Shown: positions 33,341 to 43,301 of the stretch, in pieces | How the letters are laid out: the number at the start of each line of letters is the position of its first letter | How positions within the stretch are numbered: the first letter of the stretch is position 1 | Source: Chloroflexota bacterium | GTDB taxonomy: Bacteria; Chloroflexota; Limnocylindria; Limnocylindrales; CSP1-4 | NCBI GenBank assembly: GCA_026004015.1 | Contig: BPIH01000001.1 | Coordinates: 95,236-159,235 of the forward strand | Direction of reading: 5' to 3' | DNA: 64,000 nucleotides | The notes under the pieces: model-generated | The model's database searches: none | Told to the model about the DNA's origin: nothing | What the model saw: only the letters and a program-made list of their open reading frames with translations | Translations under genes and position numbers: made by a program

Positions 33341-34116
33341 CCCGTCGGCTCGGCATCTTCGGCGGCACCTTCGATCCGATCCACTACGGCCACCTCGCCA
33401 TCGCCGAGGAGGCCCGGGAGGCCTTCGCCCTCGAGCGAGTCCTCTTCGTGCCGGCGGGCGCCCCGCCGCACAAGCAGGACCGACCGACGAGTCCGGCCGT
33501 CCATCGGGCGGCCATGGTCGCGGCAGCCATCGCCGACAACCCGGCCTTCGAGCTCTCGCGCATCGAGCTCGATCGACCGGGTCCCTCGTACACGGTCGAC
33601 ACGGTCCGGAGCCTCCGGGCCTCGGTGGCCGCCGACGACGGGGTCGAGCTCTGGTTCGTCCTTTCCGTCGAGGCGCTTCGTGAGCTGCCGACCTGGCACG
33701 AGCCGCTGGCCCTCGTCGGCCTCTGCCGCTTCGCCGTCGCTCCTCGACCAGGCGTGGCGCGGCCGTCGCGGCGCTGGCTCGTCGAGGCCCTCGGCACGGC
33801 CGAGCCCTTCGTCTTTCTCGACGGGCCCCACGTCGGCATTTCGGCCTCCGAGATCCGGGCGCGGGTGGCCGCGGGCCGGAGCATCCGCTACCTCGTGCCC
33901 CCGCCTGTGGCGGCGTACGTCGCGACCCACGGGCTGTACGCTGGACCGGAGTGGCGGAACGCCGCGGCGGTCGGCGGTCCCCGTCGGCGTCGACTCGCCG
34001 GTTCGGTGGTCGGCCGGCCGGGGGTCGATGTCGGCGAGCCGATCGACCGCGGACGGTCGCTGCCGGGAGGCCGGTCGGCCGGGAGCGGCTCGCTCGGCAC
34101 CGGGGCACGGGGATAG
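33337..34116 (+). CDS. nadD: Nicotinate-nucleotide adenylyltransferase
   Basis: 'GIFGGTFDPIHYGH', 'PPHK', 'SYTVDT', 'ISASEIR'. Confidence 0.95.
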   Translation: MTRRLGIFGGTFDPIHYGHLAIAEEAREAFALERVLFVPAGAPPHKQDRPTSPAVHRAAMVAAAIADNPAFELSRIELDRPGPSYTVDTVRSLRASVAADDGVELWFVLSVEALRELPTWHEPLALVGLCRFAVAPRPGVARPSRRWLVEALGTAEPFVFLDGPHVGISASEIRARVAAGRSIRYLVPPPVAAYVATHGLYAGPEWRNAAAVGGPRRRRLAGSVVGRPGVDVGEPIDRGRSLPGGRSAGSGSLGTGARG

Positions 34117-34127
34117 CGGATACGGGC

Positions 34128-34712
34128 GTGATCGACGAGGGGACCGACGACGTGATCGACGACAGCGAGGCCGGGGCGATGGGGCCGTCGGCGCAGGAGG
34201 ACGGAGTGCGGGACGACGAGCGAGGAGCGGCCGGGCAGGACCGAGAGCCGCGAGCGCCGGGGACGGAGGTGCCCGGGACGGGAGTGGACGAGTCGGGCCG
34301 ACAGGCACCCGAGCTTCCCCGCCCTGACGGTCTTCCCGGCCGGCTCGAGCCCGCCCCGGCCGGCGCTCGACTGCCCCTCGAGATGGCGCGGCGGATCGTC
34401 GAGCTGGCCGAGGACAAGAAGGCGGCCGACATCGTCCTCCTCGAGCTCGGTTCCCTCACGACCCTCGCCGACTACTTCGTCATCTGCTCCGGCGGTTCCG
34501 AGCGTCAGCTCGACGCCATCGCCGACGCCATCGTCGAAGGCCTCGCCGCCGAGGGGACGGAGCCGATCGGACGGGAGGGGACCGCCGCCTCGCACTGGAT
34601 CCTCCTCGACTACGGTGCGGTCGTCGTCCACGTCCTGGCGCCGCCCGAGCGGGACTACTACCAGCTCGAGCGCCACTGGTCCCGGGCGCGGACGATCCTT
34701 CGGGTCCAGTAG
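34128..34712 (+). CDS. rsfS: Ribosome silencing factor (acidic N-terminal extension; start uncertain)
   Basis: 'EDKKAADI', 'DYFVICSG', 'WILLDYGAVVVHV', 'RDYYQLERHW'. Confidence 0.92.
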   Translation: MIDEGTDDVIDDSEAGAMGPSAQEDGVRDDERGAAGQDREPRAPGTEVPGTGVDESGRQAPELPRPDGLPGRLEPAPAGARLPLEMARRIVELAEDKKAADIVLLELGSLTTLADYFVICSGGSERQLDAIADAIVEGLAAEGTEPIGREGTAASHWILLDYGAVVVHVLAPPERDYYQLERHWSRARTILRVQ

Positions 34713-34980
34713 GGGGTCCAGCACGGAGCCCCGGAAGGGGGTCCGGCGGCCGGGTCGTTCCGGAGCGCGGAGCCGTCCGGGCCTCGGCGACGACGCTCCG
34801 GACCGGGCGACGGAGGGGTCGCCTCGAGCGGCGCCTCCCGCAATCGACGCACCGGGCCTGGCGCCGAGTACCCTTCGGCGCTCGGTACCGACGGGTCATG
34901 GGCGCGGCCTCCCCGGCTGCCTAGGATGCGGCCAGATCGAGCGTCACCGACGCTCACCAGCGAGGCCCACGACAACCGAG

Positions 34981-35235
34981 ATGCCCAGCCCGAACGAGCG
35001 CTGTCCGCGCTGCTTCCGCCGCCTCATCGTCAGCCGCTTCGACACGACCTTCCGGCTGCCGGATCGGACGGAGCGGCTCTGCTTCGGGATCCCGGGCGGG
35101 CTCTGCGAGGCCTGCTCGCAGCTCTACATCGAGCCCGAGCTCCTCGAGCTCCTCGACCTCGGCGAGGCGCGGTGCGTCTTCGCCATCGAGAGCGATCTCG
35201 TCCTCCAGGAGGAGGCCTGGTCGAGCGCCGAGTAG
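34981..35235 (+). CDS. Small zinc-ribbon protein (YgiT/MqsA-N-like)
   Basis: CPRC...'IPGGLCEACSQLYIEP': two CxxC pairs with YgiT-type spacing. Confidence 0.65.
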   Translation: MPSPNERCPRCFRRLIVSRFDTTFRLPDRTERLCFGIPGGLCEACSQLYIEPELLELLDLGEARCVFAIESDLVLQEEAWSSAE

Positions 35236-35367
35236 CGCCACGACCCTCCCTTCGGTCGACCCACCGCCGGTCGAACCCGCCCTCGCCCGGCAGATCGGTC
35301 CGCCCGCCGTCGCCGTCGCCCGCCGCCGGTCGTCCGTCGGGGTCGACCGCCGCCCTCACCGGGCGAT

Positions 35368-36565
35368 CTATGCCCCGAACTCACCCACCGCCGAACCCCG
35401 TGATCCGGCACTGACGCCACGCCCCGTCGTCGACCCGCCGCGCGGGGCGACGGCGTCGAGGAGCCAGAGGGCGACGGCCAGTCGCCGCTGTCGTTCCGTC
35501 GCCGGCGGGACGTTCTTGAAGCGGAGGTCGAGGGCGAGGAGGGCCTCGAGGGCCGCCTCGAGCTCGCCGAGGCTCCAGCGGGCGGCCTGCTCGGCGAGGC
35601 GCTGGGCTCGGTAGGGCTTCAGCTTCAGCTGTCGGACGAGGCCGGCGGCCGTCGCTCCGGCATCGAGGGCGGCCTTCACCTCGACGAGCTCTCGGAGCCG
35701 TCGGTGGAGCTGGGCGATGAGGAGCGGCGGCGGCGTCTCCTCGACGAGCCGATCGAGGAGGACGAGGGCGCCGGGCCGCGTCGCCGAGCCGCGAACCCGT
35801 CGCTCGGCGACGGCGTCGAGGGCCGCCCAGGTCGAGGTCGGGATCGCCTCGGCGACGAGGGCGCGGACGTCCTCGACCCGGACCGGCTCCGAGCCGCGGT
35901 AGTGACCGAGCTTGTCGAGTTCGAGGCTCGCCAGGCGGGCCATGCCGCGCCGATCGACGTCGCCCTCCTTGACGAAGGCGCCGACCCGGGCCGCCAGCTC
36001 GGTCGCCGCGGCCGGCTCGAGGCGGATGCCGCGCTCCCGGGCCCGCTCGAGGAGCCAGCTCGTCATCGCTCCCGCGGTCCGCGCCCGGAGCTCCTTCGTC
36101 TCGCCGCCCCGGGCGGCGACCGCCGTCCGGAGGGCCTCGAGGACCGCCGACGGCCGGCTCCCGGGTGCTCCGGAGGTCGAGGATGGCGAGGGCGTTGCCG
36201 GGGGCGACGCTGTCGAGGAGCCGATCGATGCGGCTGGCGCGGCGGGCGGGCGAGCGGTCGGCGACGAGCTGCCCGGCCTCGCGGACGATGGCGATGGTGC
36301 CGCCGTCGAAGAGGGCCGCCGAGCCGAGGCGGGCGGCGACCTCGTCGAGGGCCTGCTCCGCTCCCGAGACTCGCCACCGTTCGAGGGGCGGGCCGCTCCC
36401 GGCGACCCGTCGGGCCAGCGCCGCGGCCGCCTCCTCGAGGGCGTACTCGTCGTCGCCGCTGTAGAAGCCGATCGGCACCATCGACAGGCCGCCTGGCGCC
36501 TCGCCCGCCTCGTTCCGGCGGCCGGCCACTCGAGCCGCCGACCGCGCCCCGTCGGAGCCGGTCAC
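35368..36565 (-). CDS. holA: DNA polymerase III delta subunit; frameshift(s) at ~36070-36160; start GTG 36565 or ATG 36481
   Basis: 'FYSGDDEY', 'ALFDGG', 'WLLERARERG', 'LELDKL', 'LLALDLRFK'; follows comEC, a conserved arrangement. Confidence 0.82.
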
Positions 36566-36920
36566 GGCGTCACCTCGGCGAGCCATCCGTCGGGGCGGTC
36601 CGCGCGGCGGGCTGGCCGTCGGGCCGAGCGTCGGTCGGGCGGAGTGGCCGCGCCCGTAACGGGCACGGGCCGTCGGACGAAGGCGATCCGGACCGGGCCG
36701 GGCCCGGCTCCCGCAGGCCGCGACCGGCGCACCCGACGCGTGGCGAGGGGCTCGGGCCGCCGCTCGGGGCGCCACCCGCCGGCGGTGGTCGTCGATCGTC
36801 GGATCGGCCGGCCCGCGGAAGTCCATCGAGGCGATCGTACCCGATCCCGGCCGTGATCCCGGCCCCGGGCCAGGGAGAGGGGAGGTGCCGCTTCGAGCCG
36901 GAGCGGCGCGTGGGCGAGTC

Positions 36921-39454
36921 CTACGGACGCCGATGGGGAGGGGCCGGGCACGCCGCCGGGGGAGGGCGCCGGCACGAGCGGAGCGCCGATCGGTGGCGCC
37001 GCCGAGCGCCGGTCTCTCGTCGGAGCGGCTGCCTCGGACCTCGATCCAGGTCGCCGACGGTGCGCACCCCGGCCGCCGAGTGGACCTCCATGGCGCCGGG
37101 GCGGAAGACGATCTCGACGCTGCCGTCCTCGTCGGTTCGGAGAACCGCGGCGCCCGCGGCACGGAGCCGCTCGAGGGTCTCCGGCGCCGGGTGGCCGTAC
37201 GGATTGTCGGCCCCGACCGAGATGACGGCGAGACTCGGGCGGGTCGCTTCGAGGAGCCCGGCCGTCGTCGCCGTCCGGCTCCCGTGGTGGGGGACCTTCA
37301 GGAGGTCGAGCCGGGGCAGGCCCCGAGCGACGAGCTCCGGATCGACCCCCTCCTCGATGTCCCCGCTCAGGAGGAAGCGGTGCCCGACGGCCGTTCCGAG
37401 GAGGACGAGGGAGGCGTCGTTGACCTCGCTTCCCGAGTCGGGGGCGATCGCCGGCACCGTGCCGGCCACGGGCCAGAGGACGTCGAGGGTCACGCCGTCG
37501 ACGGCGAGGCGGTCGCCGGCGGCCGCGACGACGGCCCGGCGGTCACCGACGAGGAGCTCGGCCAGGGTCGTCGCCGCGGGTCCCGTCCCCGCCATCCCGT
37601 TCGTCAGGATGGCGCCGACCCGGTAGCGGGTCAGGAGGGTCGGCAAGCCGGCGACGTGGTCTTCGTGGGGGTGGCTCACCACGACGACGTCGAGCCGGCG
37701 GTCCCAGGGCGGGAGCCGGGCGTCGAGGAGACGGAGGAGGCGACCCGGATCCGGCCCGCCGTCGACGAGGAGCCGGCCGCCGCGGCCGCCCTCGACGAGG
37801 ATGGCGTCTCCCTGCCCGACGTCGAAGACGACGACGATCGGATCGCCGCCCGGTCGATAGGCGGCGGCGAGGAGAACGGCGAGGACCGGAACGACGAGGA
37901 TCGCGGCCGGCTTGCGCCAACGGCCGCGACCCGCACCCGGCGTGCGACCCGGTCGGGCTCGTCCGCCACCGCCGCCAGCGGCCTGACGGAGCGCCGCCTC
38001 GGACCCGCGTCGCCCTCGAGCGAGGCCGACGACGGCCAGCGCCGCAGCCCCCGCGACGACGGCTCCGGTGGGCTCGGGAACGGCCAGGCTCGCGAAGGGC
38101 AGCCCGGCGGCGAGGTCCGCGGTCGTGACGATGACCCGGAGGACGAGCCAGGCCGGCATGGCGGCCACCGTCGCGGCGAGGGGTCCGACGGCGCCGACGA
38201 AGGGAGCGACGACGCCGGACAGGAGCCCGCCGACGAGGGCGATGCCGGCCAGGCCCATGGCGATGGGGACGAGGGGAACGACCACGAGGTTCGCCAGCGG
38301 GGCGACGAGGGAGACTCCGGCCGAAGGCGGCGACGACGATCGGCAGGGTGGCGAGCTGGGCCGCCAGCGACACCCCGACGACCTCGGTCAGCCAGGCCGG
38401 CAACCGTCGGCCCGTGAGGACGGCGAGGCCCTCCGCGAAGGGCGTGCCCCAGCGGATGAGCCCGGCCGTGGCCGCGACCGAGAGTTGGAAGCCCGGCTCG
38501 GTCGCCCAGGCGGGGTCGATGACGAGAAGGCCGCAGACGGCCGCGGCGAGGGCCGCCGAGGCCCGGGTCGACCGCCCCGAGAGGCCGACGAGGAGGACGA
38601 CGAGGGCCATCGTCGCCGCCCGAGACGACCGAGGCCGACGGTCCCACGAAGGCGACGTAGGCGACGACGGCGGCGATCGTCAGCCAGGCCCGGCGGGACT
38701 CGTCCCGCTCGGCGGGCCAGGGTGGCGACCGCGGCACCGACGATGGCGATGTTCCAGCCCGAGATGGCGACGATGTGGCTGAGCCCGGCCGTCGCGAAAT
38801 CGGCGGCGACGCCCCGATCGACCCGCTCCCGGAGACCGACGAGGATCCCGGCCGCCAGACCGGCTTCGGGCTCGGGGATCGTGCGGGCGAGGGCATCGGC
38901 GGCGGCCGTCCGGGCGGTGGCGAGGAGCGCCGCAGGCGACTCCCGTCGTCCCATGCGCTCGGACGTCTGGGCGGTCGCCGAGCCGGCCAGGCCACTCCGG
39001 CGGAGGTAGTCGCCGTAGGCGGTCGGCGGCGGCAGCTCGAGCCGACCGTCGAAGCGGATGACGTCGGCCGGTCCGAGCCGCGGCTCGGGCGGGAGGTCGA
39101 GGAGGACGGCCGGGCCGTCGGGCTCGAGAGAGACGACGACCCGCTGGCGGCCGTCCCGCGACGAGCCGACGGCCTCGACGACGCCGACCCACGGTCCGTC
39201 GCCTGTCGGCAGCGGTGGAGTCGGGGCCTCGGCCCCGAGGGCCGTCCGCCCGAGGGCGAGCCCCACGCCGAGGAAGACGAGCCCGACCCGCCCGAGATCC
39301 CTGGCCCCCGGCCGGGCGACGAGGCAGAGAAGCCCTCCCCCGAGCCAGCCGACGGCGACGAGCAGGGCGGCCGGCCTTCGCCCCGGCGCCGAGCGACTCG
39401 ACCGCGACGGCACCGCCGAAGAGACCGACGAGCGAGCCAGCCGAGACGGGGCAC
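36921..39454 (-). CDS. comEC: ComEC/Rec2 DNA-uptake channel with a metallo-beta-lactamase domain; several frameshifts
   Basis: 'GLSHIVAISGWN', 'GFQLS', 'DVGQGDA', 'SHPHEDH', 'KVPHHGS', 'NPYGHP', spread over shifted frames. Confidence 0.92.
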
Positions 39455-39468
39455 CGTCGACCCGAGGC

Positions 39469-40188
39469 TCAACGGACCGTGACGAGGGCCCGGATCTTCT
39501 CGAAGGTCGCCGGCCCGACGAGCTTCCGGGTCCGGAGGTCGTCGACCGACCGGAACGGGGCCTCCTGGCGGGCGGCGACGATCTTGCCCGCGGTCACCGG
39601 TCCGATCCCCGGCAGCGCCTCGAGTTCGGCCGTCGTCGCCCGGTTGAGGTCGAGGAGGTCGGTCGTCGCCAGGGCATCGCCGTCGGTCGGCAGCCCGGGA
39701 CTCGTGGGCGGGTCGTCCCGGGCGGGCACCCGGACCTGGTCGCCGTCGGCGAGGCGGGCCGCCAGGTTCAGCTCCCGGGCGACGCGCTCGGTGTCGACCC
39801 GGGGTCCGAATCCGCCGGCGGCCGCGATGGCATCGGCGACCCGGCTCCCGGGCGGCAGCCGGACGATGCCCGGTCGGCGGACGGCACCGCCGACGTCGAC
39901 GACGATGTCGTCGGCCCCAGGGTCTGGATCGGCGCTCGCCGAGGCCGTGTCCCCGCTCGCCGCCGTCGTGGCGACCCGAACGGCCGGTTCGCTCGAGCCG
40001 GCGAGAACGAAGGCGCCGCCGGCGAGGACAACCGCCAGGGCGACAGCGAGGGCGAGGAGCCAGCGGTCGCGCTGGTTCGTCGGTGGTCCGTTCTCCGACC
40101 AGAGGCTCGGTGTCTGCCCTCGGTTCGATGCCGTCGCCGATGCCCCCTCGAGGACGCGCCAGGGCGGGGGCTGCTCGCGCCCGGTCAT
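39469..40188 (-). CDS. comEA: ComEA DNA receptor (TM, SLBB, helix-hairpin-helix)
   Basis: 'VDVGGAVRRPG', 'LNLAARLADG', 'LNRAT..ELEALPGIGP', 'PFRSVDDL'. Confidence 0.93.
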   Translation of the reverse strand: MTGREQPPPWRVLEGASATASNRGQTPSLWSENGPPTNQRDRWLLALAVALAVVLAGGAFVLAGSSEPAVRVATTAASGDTASASADPDPGADDIVVDVGGAVRRPGIVRLPPGSRVADAIAAAGGFGPRVDTERVARELNLAARLADGDQVRVPARDDPPTSPGLPTDGDALATTDLLDLNRATTAELEALPGIGPVTAGKIVAARQEAPFRSVDDLRTRKLVGPATFEKIRALVTVR

Positions 40189-40383
40189 GTCGGTACCCTC
40201 CCGGCGGGTTCGAGGCCCCGGCGGGAGGGCCGATGGTCGAGCAGCGTGAGAGACGTCCGACCGCGGCGGGGGCACGACCGCTGCGGGCGGACGTCACGGC
40301 GCCAACGCTACTCGGGCCCGCTTAGCAACGACTTATCTGCAGCCGACGCCCGATCAGCGTCGGGTCCCTCGGGCCGGCCTCGC

Positions 40384-40800
40384 TCAGAGGCGCTCCCAGT
40401 CGACCCAGCGGTCGCCATCCCAGTAGCGGTGCCAGATCCGGCCGTCCCGGCCCGGGGCGAAGACGTCGATCCGGTCGGCACCCCAGGCCGAGGCGGCGGG
40501 TTGGCCGTCCGGGTCGAGGTCGCCGCCGAGGCTCTCCCAAGGGTGCCAGGTCGCCCTGTCCCAGTACCGGTTCCAGAGCTGGCCGTCGGGGAAGATGGCG
40601 AAGACCTCGAGCTCGCCCGGCGCCCAGGCGGTGACCGCCGGGCCGGAGGCGAGGGACCCCCCGAGGGACTCGGCCGGCGACCACTGTCCACCGTCGCCGA
40701 CGCGATGCCAGAGGGACCCGTCGGCATCGACCCAGAAGAGATCGATCCGGCCCTCCGCCGGCGAGACTGCTGCCACTCGCGTCACCCTACCGCCCTCCAT
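40384..40800 (-). CDS. Short protein with PLL/fucose-lectin-like beta-propeller blades
   Basis: Repeats of the form 'W..ESLGG.L...PA...W....I/L.VF....DG.LW.RYW'; about three blades. Confidence 0.7.
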   Translation of the reverse strand: MEGGRVTRVAAVSPAEGRIDLFWVDADGSLWHRVGDGGQWSPAESLGGSLASGPAVTAWAPGELEVFAIFPDGQLWNRYWDRATWHPWESLGGDLDPDGQPAASAWGADRIDVFAPGRDGRIWHRYWDGDRWVDWERL

Positions 40801-41002
40801 CGCTCCCATGCCGTTCGTTGCCCTTCGGCGGCCGCCGCGACCGTCGATCCGCGGCCCTGCCGGCCGGGGGCTCCGGCATCGTCTCTCGATCGCCGCGTCG
40901 AGATCGCCACCGCGCCACCCGCGTCGCGAAGCGCTCGGCTTCGGCGGTCCGAAGTCGTTCGGCGATGGTCAGCCGGACGAGCCGGTCCTGATCCCACATC
41001 AT
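40787..41002 (-). CDS. Small hypothetical protein
   Basis: MMWDQDRLVRLTIAERLRTAEAER...; start overlaps the upstream stop (ATGA coupling). Confidence 0.55.
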   Translation of the reverse strand: MMWDQDRLVRLTIAERLRTAEAERFATRVARWRSRRGDRETMPEPPAGRAADRRSRRPPKGNERHGSDGGR

Positions 41003-41169
41003 CGGTCATCCATCCATCGCCGGCCGGTCCTACCGATCGGCTGTCGTCGCTCGCTTGTGTCGAGCGGTCGGACATCCGGACTCCAGTCGAACAGGCCGAG
41101 CTCGACGAGGGCGACGAGTGCCCCCAGCGCGGCCACGACGATGACGAACCCCACGACCCCTTCGCCCAT
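40999..41169 (-). CDS. Small membrane protein (56 aa), absent from the ORF track
   Basis: GGAGG RBS; MGEGVVGFVIVVAALGALVALVELGLFDWSPDVRP...MDDR*; coupled to the next ORF. Confidence 0.6.
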   Translation of the reverse strand: MGEGVVGFVIVVAALGALVALVELGLFDWSPDVRPLDTSERRQPIGRTGRRWMDDR

Positions 41170-41183
41170 GACGCTGCCTCCGA

Positions 41184-41263
41184 GTAACTGGTTCAGCCGT
41201 TCTACCGGTTACCGACATCGTAACCGCTTGCGGATAACCTGTCAAGGGGTGTATTGTGGTTAC
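41184..41263. promoter_or_regulatory. Overlapping divergent promoters with GGTTA/TAACC operator-like repeats
   Basis: Minus strand: TTGACA (41245-40), 17 nt, TACGAT. Plus strand: TTGCGG, 18 nt, TATTGT. Palindrome CGGTTAC-N7-GTAACCG at 41206-41226. Confidence 0.7.
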
Positions 41264-41959
41264 ATGCAGCTCCGGCTCCTCGGAGGCCAGCGGCGCCCCG
41301 CCCTCCAGGACACGATCGACTTCATCAACACCCTCGAGCACTCGCGTCGAGGCGACATCGAGCACCTGCCGACGCTCGCGGCGGCGCTCGACTGGCTCGA
41401 CGGGCGCGGGCTCGTCGCCGCGGACGTCGCGGCGGGCCTCGCCGGAGCCGTCGGGCAGGGCGTCACCGAGGGCGTCGCCGGAGCCGCGACCGACCCCGCC
41501 GACGCGGCCGCGCCGGATGCCGAAGGGACCGTTCTCGCCGCCCTCCGAAGAGCTCGAGCCGCCTTCCGGGCCGTCGTCGACGCCATCGTCGAGCGGCGAC
41601 CGCCGGACGAGGCGGCCCTCGCCGAGGTGAACCGGCTCCTTGCCGGTCAGCCGGCTCCCGTCCTCGTCGCTGTCCCGGACGGGGTCGTCGTCGCCGAGCG
41701 GCCGGCTCCCAATCCCTTCGATGCCGCCCTCGCTCGCCTCGCCGAGCCGATCGTCGAGCTCGTCGAGTCTGGAGAGCGCGAGCGACTCCGGACCTGCGCC
41801 AATCCGTCGTGCCGGTGGGTCTTCTTCGACGAATCGCGGCCCGGCCGCCGCCGCTGGTGCGAGATGGCGACCTGCGGGAACCGGGCGAAGGCCGCTCGCC
41901 ACCGGGCCCGACGGGCGTCACGGTCCAAAGGCGCCGACCCGGTGGTCGGAGGGGTCTGA
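41264..41959 (+). CDS. ABATE/CGNR zinc-finger protein (putative regulator)
   Basis: 'DFINT', 'RLRTCANPSCRWVFFDESRPGRRRWCEMATCGNRAKAARHR'. Confidence 0.92.
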   Translation: MQLRLLGGQRRPALQDTIDFINTLEHSRRGDIEHLPTLAAALDWLDGRGLVAADVAAGLAGAVGQGVTEGVAGAATDPADAAAPDAEGTVLAALRRARAAFRAVVDAIVERRPPDEAALAEVNRLLAGQPAPVLVAVPDGVVVAERPAPNPFDAALARLAEPIVELVESGERERLRTCANPSCRWVFFDESRPGRRRWCEMATCGNRAKAARHRARRASRSKGADPVVGGV

Positions 41960-42134
41960 GGGCAGTCCGGGCGCTGGCTCCGGACGACTCCGGACGACTC
42001 CTGGCGCCCGCTCCGGGGAGCGACTGCGGCGGGCGGCTCCGGGTGTCAGCCCGGGCGACGGCCCCGGCCCGGTCCCAGGGCTCGCGCCCCCGGCCCCAGG
42101 GCTCCCGACCCAGGCCCCAGGGCCCCGACCCCGA

Positions 42135-43075
42135 TCAGCGCTCGCCCTCGAGCCTCGGCTTGACCTCGGTCACGAGCCGGACCATCGACTCCTCGTCGTA
42201 GGGCGCCGGGAAGCCGGCGATGAAGTGCCGGTAGCCGATCTCCAGGTACGGCGCGAGCATCTCGGCCACGTCCTCCGGCGTCCCGACCGGCTGATCCTCC
42301 CAGAGCCGGCCCGGCCGTTGTGCTCGAAGATCGCCCGGAAGACCCGCTCCGCCTCGGCTCGACTGTCCCGGATGACGACGGCCCCGATCCCGGTCGTCCG
42401 CTCGATCTCCCGGTGGTCGCGGCCGACCGCCTCGCAGTGCTGCCGGAGGATCGCCTCCTTGCGCCGAACGCTCTCGATGCCGCCCCCGACGTTGTTCATG
42501 TCGGCCCAGCGGGCGACGAGCTTGAGGGTCACCCGCTCGCCGCCACCGCCGATGAGGAGCGGCAGATGGGCCTGGATCGGCGGCGGCAGGTTCCGGGTCG
42601 CCCGGCTCGTGTAGCGCGGTCCCGTCGCCGTCGGCTCGGTCCCGTCGAGCATGCCGCGCATGATCGGGAGGGCCTCGCCGAGCCAGCGGAGCCGCTCCGG
42701 AGGGCCGGACCCGAACTCGATCCCGAAGGCGACGTGCTCCTCCTCGAACCAGGCGGCGCCGATGCCGAGGATGGCCCGACCTCCGGAGAGGTGGTCGAGG
42801 GTCGTCGCCATCTTCGCCACGAGGGCCGGGTTGCGGAACGTGTTCGCCCCGACCATGAGGCCGATCCGGACCCGCTCCGTGGCCGCCGCCCAGCCGGCGA
42901 GGACGAGCCAGCCCTCGAGGATCGGGCCGCGCGAATCGCCGACGATCGGGTAGAGGTGGTCCCACGTCCAGAGGGTGTCGTAGCCGAGCCGATCGGCCCG
43001 GATGCCGGCCTCGCGGAGGCTCGGCCAGTCGGTGTACTGGTTCCAGCAGAGGGCGCCGAACTTGATCGTGTCCAT
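42135..43075 (-). CDS. LLM-class flavin (possibly F420-dependent) oxidoreductase; frameshift near 42310
   Basis: 'LWTWDHLYP', '[21 protein letters not shown]', '[10 protein letters not shown]'. Confidence 0.9.
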
Positions 43076-43301
43076 GGCCTTGAGGATAGCCGTCGGGGAC
43101 CGACCGGCGGCCGCCAGGCGGACCCCTCTGAAGGGGCCAGCCGGCCGTCGACAACGGGCCATCTCCCCCTCATCGATCGGACGGGCCGGGGGGCTCCAAT
43201 GGGGGCGGCCCCGGCATCGCCGGGGTCGCGTGGGCCCCGAGCGGTCGAATCCCGCCACCGCACCGCCCCAGCGGCTCGACCGAGCGACGAGGAATCCTGC
43301 G

